A stretch of 64,000 bases of DNA from Lama guanicoe. Lineage: Eukaryota. Below the pieces are notes generated by a model, which worked only from the letters and a program-made list of their open reading frames with translations, was not told the origin of the DNA and ran no database searches. Numbering within the stretch: the first letter of the stretch is position 1; the number at the start of each line of letters is the position of its first letter. A program made the translations under genes and the position numbers. Positions 1 to 10,070 of the stretch are shown piece after piece. The DNA is taken from the NCBI GenBank assembly GCA_013239625.1, contig MU054001.1, positions 2,858,151-2,922,150 on the forward strand, given 5' to 3'.

Positions 1-559
1 CACTAAAGAGGGGTTCTTCACAATGCTGTGATGTCTTTATTCACAGGCAGCAATGAAAACCTCCCTGAGCTGAGCTGGCCACACCAGGCATCGCCCCAGC
101 CAAAGCAAGGATCAATACTTGCAGCTTGGAATCTTATTATCTGGCCCAGTGTGTAGACCACAAGTCCTTCAGGGAAAAGTCTAGTGAGAAAAAGCCAACA
201 TCTGGGTTCCAAATTGGACGGCTGTCAGGGATGCCCTGTGCAAAGGTGGAGAAGTGGTGTAGGTTTTGTGAAATGGAACATGGTGGTACCTAGAGTGACT
301 GAGAATTTTACTTTATTATAGGAGGCAGGAGACAGGATGCCATGAACTAAACTACAGACCTGATGGTGTCACCTTTTGCTCCTGTTAGAAAAGAAGAATC
401 CCAAATGAGTAGTGGTGACAGTGTGCTGGCATGTGGGTGCTGGCTTCTCCTCTTTGAGTGGCCCTCACACTTGGGAATATTGCATGTCAAGGGCATTATA
501 TTGACAGATTGAGGACTCTTTATAATCAGGCAACCAGGCACCTTGGGGGCACAGTGCTG

Positions 560-845
560 GGTTTTATTTTTCACTTGTTATTAAAAATAATAAGCGCATA
601 ACACAGAAAAATTAAAAGATAAAAACATACGTAACAAGCAAGGAAAAATTGCCCAGGATGACAAAACAAAAGGTAACTTTTATTGACAAGTTGGTATATG
701 TACTATCAAAGTTATGTATAAGATATAATAAAATTGGTATCATACTGAGTATACATTACGGTGTTACATATTTTCCTAAGTAGTACAGAGTAAGCTATTT
801 ACTCATATCATTATATAGGCTCTAAAATTATTTAAATCCCTACAT
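560..845 (-). mobile_element. Ancient L1 (L1ME-type) 3' UTR remnant
   Basis: Degenerate match to the reverse L1ME 3' end pattern (ttttcacttgttattaaaaataata...aaaattggtatcatactg). Confidence 0.4.
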
Positions 846-868
846 ATTTCATTTGTTTGCTTTTTAAA

Positions 869-1203
869 TTTTTATTTTTTTTATTGAGGTATCGTTGATT
901 TACAATGGTGTATTGATTTCTAGTGTACAGCATAGTGATTCAGTTATACATATATACATTTCTTTTCATACTCTTTTTCATTATAGGCTATCACAAGGTA
1001 TTGTGTATAGCTCCCTATGCTGTACAGGAGGACCTTATTGTTTATCCAGATTCGTGATGATTTTCCTTACAGTTCCACTTGTACAAGATCTTCTGCCAGA
1101 GTCCAGCAGGTATTCTGTGACAACTGTTCCACACTTAGACGTATTTTGATGTATTTGTGGGAGAAGGTGAGCTCTGCATCCTTCTATTCTTGAAACCCTT
1201 CTC
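869..1203 (-). mobile_element. Internally deleted (bipartite) cetartiodactyl L1: 5' UTR start fused to 3' UTR/poly-A
   Basis: 869-1046 is an L1 3' end in reverse (ttattgaggtatcgttgatttacaat...gtacagcatagtgattcagttata...ccttattgtttatcc). 1046-1203 resembles an L1 5' UTR start (minus strand gagctcaccttctcccacaaatacatcaaaatac...). Flanked by the exact 19-bp direct repeat catttgtttgctttttaaa at 850-868 and 1204-1222. Confidence 0.8.
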
Positions 1204-1222
1204 CATTTGTTTGCTTTTTAAA

Positions 1223-1305
1223 ATTTATTTATTCATCGTTGGATAAACATTACTGGGGCCTGGCTGGGCCATAGGTATTCAGTGGTAAGGAGAGATGCCC
1301 CTTAG
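1223..1305 (-). mobile_element. L2 3' terminal fragment
   Basis: tttatttattcatcgttggataaacattactg...ggtattcagtggtaag resembles the reverse L2 tail. Confidence 0.4.
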
Positions 1306-2597
1306 GGTACCCACTTCTCTCTTGTCCGGGTTGGAAATCACACTCAGGTGCCTTCCATCTCCCACCCAAGGTGCTGTGAGGAGGGGTGGCTCGTGACCCT
1401 TGTACTTTGAGTGCATGTACTTTGGAGTTTCCAGGACTCAACTTGCTGCAGATAAATTGGAAACTGCTGCTTTGGCCGCCTGCAGGGTGAGGCCTGATGT
1501 CCGTAGGGTTTCGATCGATGACAAGGTTGTGTAATAAGCAGACCACCTCTCCTCCTGAGGGAACCCACTGATTCATGGCGCTGCATCCCGGGTTTCCTTC
1601 CAGCTCAGTGCTGCTTGCTGGGCTGGGCCATTTATCTTTGACAAAATCTCTACCTGAAGCTTTCCTCAAACTCCAGAGCAGCCCATGAGTCCCAGATACG
1701 TGATTGGGGCAGGCCCACGGGAGTAAGTAAAGGGGGACCATTTAGAAAATGCCAGCCTTTCCAGCATGAAAATAGGATGTACCTTGGGGTGTATTCAGCA
1801 CCACAACAAAGGGTTTGCCGAGGTCCACATCCATGAAATAAGTATAATTTATTTTTCTCTCGGTAAACTTCACTATTGCTGCTCTATGTTGCCTTTGGAC
1901 TTGGGCTCGTTCTCTGCCATTCGTTGGCACAATTGCTGAGTACCCTGAGCTTTCAAGTAAGTTATTCCAAAATCTAATACCTTGTTTGATTCTTGGGAAT
2001 GCAGAATGCATTTTGGGGGGCTCCATAAGGATCATGTGAAAAATAGTGGATAGGTGTTCATGGAGGGTCCTCAAAACCAGTTTAGTGTGTGATGTAGCCA
2101 AAGGTAACATCGGGTGCACAAGCATGACGTTTCCATTCTGGCAGCGAGGCAGGAGGGAATCTTTTCTCTCCATTCTAGTACAAGTCTAGCCCTTAATGAA
2201 GTTTTACATAAGTTAAGTTTGCTTTTGACTTTTTTTCAGCCTTTCTTATTGAGCTCGTCTCTCACTTTTGAGGACTCACTCCCCATCAGAAACTCAGTAG
2301 AGGACCTCAACCCCAAATCTGCTTATTCTTGTCACCAGTTAGACTGAGGGATCCCTGACAGCAAAGGTGGTGACTTTCAATCTTCATTTTCTTCATTTTC
2401 CTCCAGAGCATTTGGTGCAGTGCTCCACACTTCCATGGATGGTCAATAGTGCAATTGAGTGAGCACCAGTGGCAGTGATAATAGTAGAAAACACTGTGGT
2501 GACACAAAATAGGGCAGGTGAAGATAGATATAATTACATATATTGGATAAAGCAAAAGTGGATTGAAAAAGATTGAAATAAAGGAGCAGAAAATGGT

Positions 2598-3170
2598 ATT
2601 CATGCATTCATTCATGTACTCTGTTCAACAGCTGTTCTTTGGGTACCAATTATGGACCATCTTTGTTACCAGTTTTGGGGATACCATGGTGAGCAAGACT
2701 TTGTCTTCATGGAACTTACATTCTAGATAGACAAAGGGCATCAGTTAAATTAATTGACAAGAGTAAACTAGGTTGTGATTGTGGCTATTCAAGATAAAAG
2801 CAAAATAATTTGACACTTAGTTTGAGAATGGCCTCTGGGTGCTGAGGAAGTGTTCACTATGGAGACCAGGCGGGAGGGGAGACCTACAGTTAAGGGGGAA
2901 CCAGCTGTGGGAAGGGCTGAGGAGGAGCAGCAGGCAGTGAGGACAGCAAGGCCAAAGGCCTGAGCAGGGAACCACGATTTGTGTGTTTGAGGAGCCGAAA
3001 GGAGGCCCGGGGATGGTAGCTTGTGAAGGGGTTGGGGCAGGTGGGAGGAGAGGAAGCTGGAGGTCGGTAGGGCTGGAACATGTTGGGCCTTAGAGGCTAC
3101 AGTGAAGGTGTGGATTTTACTCTAAGGAAAACAGAAGTAAAGAAGTGATGTCATCTGATTAAAATCATGG
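2598..3170 (-). mobile_element. L2 LINE 3' fragment
   Basis: cattcattcat...ggggataccatggtgagcaagac...ggaacttacattctag...caaaggcctgagcaggga...tgtttgaggagccgaaaggaggcc...ggattttactctaag, typical reverse L2a. Confidence 0.8.
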
Positions 3171-3504
3171 GTATACTACTGATAATAACTTAACTTTCTG
3201 TTTCAGTACACACAGTGCTTCCAAGGCTATCATAATCTTCAGTGATTTTAGTGGATTGAGTATTTTGATTCCCTGTCTTGTAAAAGGACACAATGGGTTG
3301 CAAGTTCCAGAAGACGTTCCAATATTGTAAAATGCTTGCAGTGCTAAAACGAGGCTGAGCACGACTAACATCTTATGTTTGTAAAGGCCTGTTGAGATCT
3401 GTCTGGGTTTCAAAATTACAAACCCTGACTCTTGTCCAGCTAGAGATTGAGTTGAATGTGCAAAGGTCTGGGGACAGAGCTGAGAAACTGTTTTTAAAAA
3501 ACAG

Positions 3505-3600
3505 ACACATAGTTATAATTATAATATATATGTATATATAATTATAAAATATTTATTATTTTATAAATTTATATATATTTACAAATTACTTTAAAAATTA
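3505..3600. repeat. AT-rich low-complexity tract
   Basis: Almost pure A/T with (TA)n and ttataa units. Confidence 0.7.
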
Positions 3601-4044
3601 GTTCCTGACATGACTTTTTTGCCTTTGTCAGTTAAGCCTTTTCTTGTAAAAGTGCTGAGAAGTGTTCTTGTAAACTGAGCACTCTAAGTGTTTGGATGCT
3701 GGTGACTGAGAATTCACTGTGCTGTAATTAGAGAATTGGCCACCTTGATTGGCTGCAGAGAATTATAGGAACACCAAATAACGTTACAACAATTATGCCC
3801 CTGCAATTAGCAACCAATAAAGCAGCAGACCTCATTGATATAGCTGTCCTACTTAGTAAAAATATTGGAAAACAAACACCCCAGAAAACAAATAGCATGT
3901 GACTAGCTCTGGCAAAAGAGCAAAAGTGAACTTGGCTCCAGTGGGAAATCTACAAACAGTCAGGCCTGGGCTGAGGGAGAGCAGTCCCTGAGTACAGGCT
4001 AGCATCCTTCACCCACAGCAGCTGGTTCTCATGTTTCCAGTGTA

Positions 4045-4250
4045 TCTGAAGTACCATTGTAAGTGTTTAACAGGCATGGCAGCATTTCATCCTCACAGCA
4101 ACCCACCAAGGGAGCTACATTATTAGCTCCATTTCACAGATGAGGAAGCTGAGGCCCAGAGAAGTTGCACCATCGCAGGTAGCAGAGCCTTGATTTAAGC
4201 CAGAATTTAAGTTAAACTTAGAGTCTGTGTGCTGATACTTAGGTTATCCA
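4045..4250 (-). mobile_element. MIR SINE
   Basis: catcctcacagcaaccc...ccatttcacagatgaggaagctgaggcccagagaagtt (reverse MIR core). Confidence 0.8.
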
Positions 4251-4821
4251 ACTTTCCTGAGCTGGAGCCTTAGTAATGCTTCCTAATGACTTTTCTCCCC
4301 TAAATTAGATTGCTGTTCAGACTTTAGGTAGTAGAGCCCTGTTGTAACATTAAATCCTCTTTGACAGACATAAGCCATCTAAAGCATGCTCAAAGGTGTC
4401 TGCTTACCACTTGTACTTTGCTATTTAATTTTCAGCAGCCTGTACTGGTGATATAACTTCAGGGTGCAGGTACGCTAAACTGAGGCACATCAAGATCGTT
4501 GGACTCAGCTGGGATTTCTATGAACGGGGAACTTCAGTCTGCCCTGGGCTCCTTAAACGGACTCACTGGCCACTCGTTACTGGGTGGCTTCCACCTGTTC
4601 CTCTACTCCAAATTCATCCGGCCTTTCCCTCTTCACCCCCATTTGTCCTGCTTATTCTCCTCTGCTCTTGGTCCCCCAGCACCCTGCCCTCACCCCAGTT
4701 CCCCTAAAGTCCTCCAGGTTCGAGAAGCTACTTTGTTCTCTTTGTTCTGATCAGACTTCAGAATCCCCTCTTCGGCACGTCCATTCAAGAAGCAGAGCAA
4801 TGTGGAGCTTAAAAACTTGGT

Positions 4822-4966
4822 GGGGGGAGGGTGTAGCTCCAGTGGTAGAGCATGGGCTTAGCACACACAGGGTCCTGGGTTCAATCCCCAGTACCTCCTC
4901 TAAAAATAAATAAATAAGCAAACCTAATTACCTCCACCCATTTTTTTTAATTAAAAAAAAAAAAAA
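4822..4966 (+). mobile_element. Camelid tRNA-derived SINE (Vic-1-like)
   Basis: A-box tagctccagtgg (4834-4845), B-box ggttcaatcc (4878-4887), ccccagtacctcc, aaataaataaataa...cctaattacctcc tail and poly-A. Same family as the copies at 45552 and 46091. Confidence 0.85.
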
Positions 4967-5004
4967 CCCTTGATTTTGCATCCACTCCTGTTGACCCTGA
5001 ATGA

Positions 5005-5205
5005 AATATTTAACCACTCTGAGCCTCAGAGTCCTCATCTGCAAAATGTAAATATCAGTAGCGTCATCTCCTCTTGGCTGGTGGCTAGCCTGTGATGGAA
5101 TCATGCTCAGTACTGTCCTTCTCTAGCAGGTGCCCCTATATGCTTGTGATGTGATGGAACTGTGCCTGGCACATTGAGGGTGCTCATTATAAGATAACTA
5201 TTACC
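5005..5205 (+). mobile_element. MIR SINE fragments
   Basis: ttaaccactctgagcctcagagtcctcatctgcaaaatg core and aactgtgcctggcacat...tgctca tail. Confidence 0.65.
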
Positions 5206-5384
5206 ATTAAGAGAAATCTTTGTTCACTCTGCCCTGGCCAGTGGTGTGGGACCACTGTCCACCCAGGGACAGAATGGGGAGAGAGTTAGCTGTGTGAGAA
5301 CAAACATCGTGCCTGTATTGTTTCTTCTGTGTTCCCAGTGTCAAGGATAGCTCTTGGCAAATTACAGTAATAACTTGAAGGAAA

Positions 5385-5635
5385 GTAGTGCACATTTATT
5401 GAGCACATACTAATTGTTAGGTGCTATATTAAGCAATTTATCTGTGAAATTTAATCCTCACAAGGATTCTCTGGGGTAATTCCCTTTATTTTTCCCCCAT
5501 TTTGTAGAATGAGAGCTGAACTTCAGAGAGGTGAAGTGATTTATCTTGACTCACATAGTTAGTGGCAGAAAAGCTAGAGTTCAAAGCAAGAATGGTTTGA
5601 CTGTAAACCCTGAGCTTTAACCACAGAACATGCTG
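5385..5635 (-). mobile_element. MIR SINE
   Basis: acatttattgagcacatac...tttaatcctcacaa...cccattttgtaga...cagagaggtgaagtgattt...ctttaaccac. Confidence 0.8.
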
Positions 5636-5649
5636 CTTCAGTAGATGGT

Positions 5650-5755
5650 GAAGGAAGGAGGTGAGGAGGGAGGGAGGAAAGAAGACAGAAGGAAGAAAGG
5701 AAAGGAGGGAGGGAAAGAGGGAGGAAGAGAGTGAGAAAAGAAAGGAAAGGAAAGA
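5650..5755. repeat. Polypurine (GA-rich) tract
   Basis: gaaggaaggagg...gaaaggaaagg, ~100 bp nearly all purine. Confidence 0.8.
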
Positions 5756-5774
5756 TGCCCTCTGGCTTAAGTCC

Positions 5775-5947
5775 TAGTTCTTAAACTTTTAGCACACTGG
5801 AACCATTTGGCCAACTTAAAAAAAAATACTGATGCCTGGGTCCCACCCCCAGCAATTCTAGTTTAATTGGTCTGGTCTGCAGCCTGGTCATCAGGATTGT
5901 AAATGCTCCCAGGGGATTCTGAGTGCAGCCGAGGTTGAGACCCACTG
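5775..5947. mobile_element. MER5A-like hAT-Charlie MITE
   Basis: aaaatactgatgcctgggtcccacccccagcaattctagtttaattggtctgg...ctcccaggggattctgagtgcagccgaggttgagacccactg. Confidence 0.85.
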
Positions 5948-6784
5948 CCTTAGCTGGAACACATCCCCCATCCTCCAAGGTGGCCAGAGGGCACTTTTCA
6001 TTAGCACATGTGAGTGGCACCTGAGGTCTCCGAATGGAGGCCGCAGGTGCGCTGGGCTCTGAAGGGCAGGGGGACCTGCAGGGCCGGGTGGCGTGGTTGA
6101 TACAGAACCTGGAGGGGCATGGGGTTCAGGAAGTGAGGTTTATTACAGTCCAAATGACAAAACCTTCTGTGCCGAGCTGCATGCCGATGGTGCTCAGACT
6201 GCAGGAGGGAATCGATGCAGTCCCTTCTGGTGAGTGTCCCCCTCACTATGGTGACAGGGCGCCTTGTGTCTGGGATTTCCTGCACAATGACTTTTCCAGA
6301 CGGCCCCAGGCTGGTGCCCTGGGCTGCCTCAAGGCCTGGCTCTTGGGGCTGAGCAACTTGTCATGGGTTGAACTGGAGAGTCCCGGCCAGGCTGGACTAG
6401 CCCTGGGGCTTGGCATGAGGAGGGGAAGAAGAACATTTGTTTCTTGGACCGAATGTCTGAACCATGCTGGGAGCTGCTGCAATTATCTGGGTTGTGTGGC
6501 CAAGGGATATAGCATTTCCTTTGATTCAGGAAGGAGAGCGACCTCTTTAAATGTGAGTCGGTGAGTATTCCTGAGGTTCCTTGCCAAGGCTGGAACTGGA
6601 AGCCAGTCTGCAGAGTTCCCCATCTTCGCTGTGCAGGCGGTCTGCTCTCCATCTCTTGGCAGCCGCAAGATCATCAGCACGTGGGAGATCTGCCCTCTGC
6701 AAAACGAGACAAAAAATAATCAAACAAAAATAGCCGTTCTCCATGCTTGGCCCAGCCATCAATGCAAAATGTTCTTGAGGCTCA

Positions 6785-7020
6785 TAATAAAAGCGGCTAT
6801 TCATGTTGCTTGGATCCCAGACCTTGTGCTAAGTGCTTTACATGATTAGCTCATCTAGTCCACACTGGTAGATAACATCCCCATTTTATAGAAAAGTAAC
6901 TTGAGGTTCAGAGAGGTTAAAGTAAGTTGCCCAAGGTCAAAGAGCTTGTGATCAGCTAAAGCAGGATCTGGACTAAGTTCCACCAAAGTGTATGTGCTCA
7001 GTGTCCTCACTACAGTGCCT
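6785..7020 (-). mobile_element. MIR SINE
   Basis: gtgctaagtgctttacatgattagctcat...ccccattttatag...gaggttcagagaggttaa...ttgcccaaggtca. Confidence 0.8.
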
Positions 7021-7039
7021 CTATCAGAGTAGACACTAT

Positions 7040-7150
7040 TTTATCTGTCTCCGAATTTCTGGTCCCTTGCACAGAGTCTGATGCCTAGAAGACTCACGAT
7101 ATTGTTTGCTGAGTAGATGGATGGATGGATGAATAAATGAATGAATGAAC
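7040..7150 (+). mobile_element. L2 3' end with (GGAT/GAAT)n tail
   Basis: Ends gatggatggatggatgaataaatgaatgaatgaa. Confidence 0.65.
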
Positions 7151-7499
7151 CAGTGAAGCCATTACATGATTCTGACCTCAGTTCTTCATTTGCTAAATGG
7201 AGGTGATGAGGACAAGAGAAGTGACACAAAGCTTTAGTGTATGGAAACATCGTACATTGGTAAGGCTTGCTGATACTAATTAGAACGCTCAAAAAATTAC
7301 AGTGAGAGGATAAAATTGCTCATTGAAGCTATTTAAAATTTGTCTATTTATTTATTTGACTGATCACAAAAAATAACAGCAGTAAGGCATCATATATGAA
7401 GAATCTAAAAAGTTTTCCAAAAGACAGAGGAATGAAATGAAAGGAGATTCTATTTCAGATCATTCTTTTGGCTCATGTAGCTCAGTGTTCATGGAGGTT

Positions 7500-7680
7500 G
7501 GAGAGTTTGGAGCTGGAAAGGAATTCCGAGACCATGGATGAAATGCCCTGTGCTAGAAATAAGGAAACTCAGAGAAGTTTAGCCACTTAACCAAAGTCAT
7601 AGAGAAAGTGGGTGGCAGAGCTGCAAGGAGGATCCGAGAGTCTGGCTTGTAGCCACGCGCACACCTTTTTCTCCTGCCTG
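7500..7680 (-). mobile_element. MIR/MIR3 SINE
   Basis: gagctggaaagga...gagaccat...aaggaaactcagagaagtttagccacttaaccaaagtcatag. Confidence 0.55.
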
Positions 7681-8054
7681 GAGCTGGGCTGAGCATGGCT
7701 TCTTCAAGCCAAAGGGTGGCCTGTGAGTTGCATGCCTGCAGCCGGGCCTGGCAGACCAACAACGGCGTGATTGATGGTTCCTCTGCTTTTGTCATTTATT
7801 TGCCTTGTATCCTCCTTTGACCGGTGAGATGCAGTTTTCATTACTCTGGCCACTTTTCAAGGGTAAGCCAGTGTTGCATTATTTAGCACCTAAACTGGGT
7901 CGTCAGAGGCCTCTTAATGTTGAGGTGCTTTTCTCTGTTCTCCGGGTCCCCACAAACGACCCACCCATTCAAGCCAGAATTTCCATCTGATCTGATCTTT
8001 TTTTCATGACACTGACTAAAATTTGGAAGTGGATAGTTCTTTCCCACACTGCCT

Positions 8055-8196
8055 TTGAGGCAGTGGGACGTGGTACAACAGTGTATAGTGGGATGGACAG
8101 GTTGTGAGTTCAGGTTCTGTAGGGACCATACTGGGTGGAGTCCAGCAAGTCACTTCACTTCTCTGAGCTTCGTTTCTACATCTGTGAATCTGAGAT
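8055..8196 (+). mobile_element. MIR SINE 5' part
   Basis: gcaagtcacttcacttctctgagcttcgtttctacatctgtgaa. Confidence 0.6.
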
Positions 8197-8334
8197 CTGG
8201 GCAGGGACTAGGTTGAAGCAAGAAAGGCATCCAGGTGCAACATTTACAGAGGCACTGATGCATGACCCCGGAAGTGAGTGCCCCTTAAATGCTGCATCTC
8301 GGAAGACTCTTTGCCTCACTGCGGTCCAGGCTCT
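8197..8334. mobile_element. MER96-like palindromic hAT MITE
   Basis: ctgggcagggactaggttgaagcaag...ggtgcaacatttacagaggcact...gtgagtgccccttaaatgctgca...ttgcctcactgcggtccaggctct; degenerate inverted-repeat structure. Confidence 0.6.
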
Positions 8335-8344
8335 TGTTGAGCTG

Positions 8345-8560
8345 GTTAAGATAATAGCCACTAACACTTATTTAGCATTTACTGTACGCCTGTCACTGTC
8401 TCAAGAGCTCTGTATACCTTGCATGTCTCTAAGGCAGGTGTTGTTAGTATCTCCATTTTGATAGATAAGGAAACTGAGCTAGAGGTCGGTACTCACCCGC
8501 AATCACAGAGTTTATAAGTGGCAGAGCCAAGATCTCTACTCAGCAGTCTGACACTTACTA
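8345..8560 (-). mobile_element. MIR SINE
   Basis: ctaacacttatttagcatttactgt...ctccattttgatagataaggaaactgag...aatcacagag...aagtggcagagccaagat. Confidence 0.75.
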
Positions 8561-9814
8561 GGTGCTTAAATAAATGCTCAGCGGTTATTCAGGTGGTGAT
8601 TATTATTCAGGTGTGAATTCAGCCTCCACTCTCCTCCTTCCCCTGCGGCAGCCAGAATTTTGTTCAGGACCTCAAGTGGCGTCTGACCACCTCCGCCGGT
8701 CTTGGAGATGACAGATCCGTTTACAGCGCTGCCGAATGGAGTCATATTAAGTTATCCATCTCTGCCAAATGCTATTCATTGTGAGATCTACCCCATAATG
8801 AAGCATGATGGATTGCTTCTTTTGGCCAGAGAATAACTTAACCTCTGACTTGAGATGGAGGTATGTTTTCCATGAAAAGGTGGTTAACAGCCTCTTCCAC
8901 TTGTCAGAAATACGGGCCAAGGCTGTGTGAAGTGCCAAGAGCTATATTACGTCCTCAAAGTCTGTGAAAATAAATTCCTCTCGATATATTATGTATTTAG
9001 TTCCCCATCTGGGTTTCCAGGAATTAGGGCTGTTATTGTACAGTCTAATTTTAAATCTGGAGCTTTATTATTCAAAAGAAATGTCTCCCCCACCCCCTGT
9101 TCTTTTCCCTCCTTCTTGTTCTGTGTGCATTCTGTAGCGGCTTTAATTGAGTTTTCCCCACAAGGATTCTATCGCAACTCCAGGGCTTGAATATCCTGAT
9201 AGTCAATGAAGCTTGAAAAAAAGAGAGCTTTTGCAGCCGTGAGTGTATTCACACGGAATCCCTCATTTCCATGGAGAAGTACAAATATGTCCAAGTGAGG
9301 CGGTTTTATATTAACTTTGGGGTGGGAGGTGGAATCAGCATGTGAGAACACACTGGCTGCCTTGTGGCTGTTCACGAAGGGAGCTCTGGCCACTGGGGTG
9401 CTGGTCAGGGGCTGGGCCTGGGCAGGGAAACTGGGTCCCAGAGCCCCGCCCCACTGATCTTTTCTGCTCCCTCCTCCCTCTCTGTATTTCCCCCAGCACA
9501 GGGGTGAAGTCGGTCTGTATCAAATGGACATTAACCTATAGAAACCTAGGCTGAGGCCCCTTTACACACTAATTCTTCCTTTCCTGCCTCTCGAGGTGGG
9601 TGTGTCTGGGGGTGGAGGATAACAGGGGGTGCTCTCTGTTCCATTACCTCACTCCTTTGGAACTCCTCTTCTGCATACTGATCTGAACCTTCTTCACTTT
9701 TTCCCTGTCTTCGAAATGAGAATACCCATCTCTGAAAATGATTTGTAACCTATGAGGCACATGCAAAATAAATATAACTCAAATTAAATTTTTACAATAG
9801 CTTTAACCTTCCTA

Positions 9815-10070
9815 AGGGAGTGTTGGTATAGTGCATGACAGTGCTTCAGGGCACCCTGGTCTCTCTCCTCTCAGCTGGGTGATCTTAGGTCAAGGTCTTA
9901 ACCCCTTGGATTCTGTTTCCTCATCTCTGAAATAAGACTTACTACCATGTTTATCTCAAAGGCCGTTGTGAGTATTTAATGAGGCGTTGTCTTCAAAGAC
10001 TTTTACTTAGTGCTGGCCATTAGCCCTCAATGCTTGTCGGCGGTGCTGATGGGCGGAGGTGGCTAATATT
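9815..10070 (+). mobile_element. MIR SINE
   Basis: agctgggtgatcttagg...ctgtttcctcatctctgaaat...gttgtgagtatttaatgag. Confidence 0.7.

Noticed and set aside
1793..1815. REST/NRSE site (ttcagcacc)
   Set aside because: Only the left half matches; the GGACAG half is absent.
4822..4895. tRNA gene (also 45552 and 46091)
   Set aside because: The tRNA-like head is followed by a SINE tail and poly-A and recurs as diverged copies; these are SINEs, not tRNA genes.
6034..6564. 176-aa ORF in a GC-richer patch with GTGAGT donor-like sites
   Set aside because: No recognisable homology and no convincing acceptor; GC-rich DNA gives overlapping ORFs on both strands by chance.
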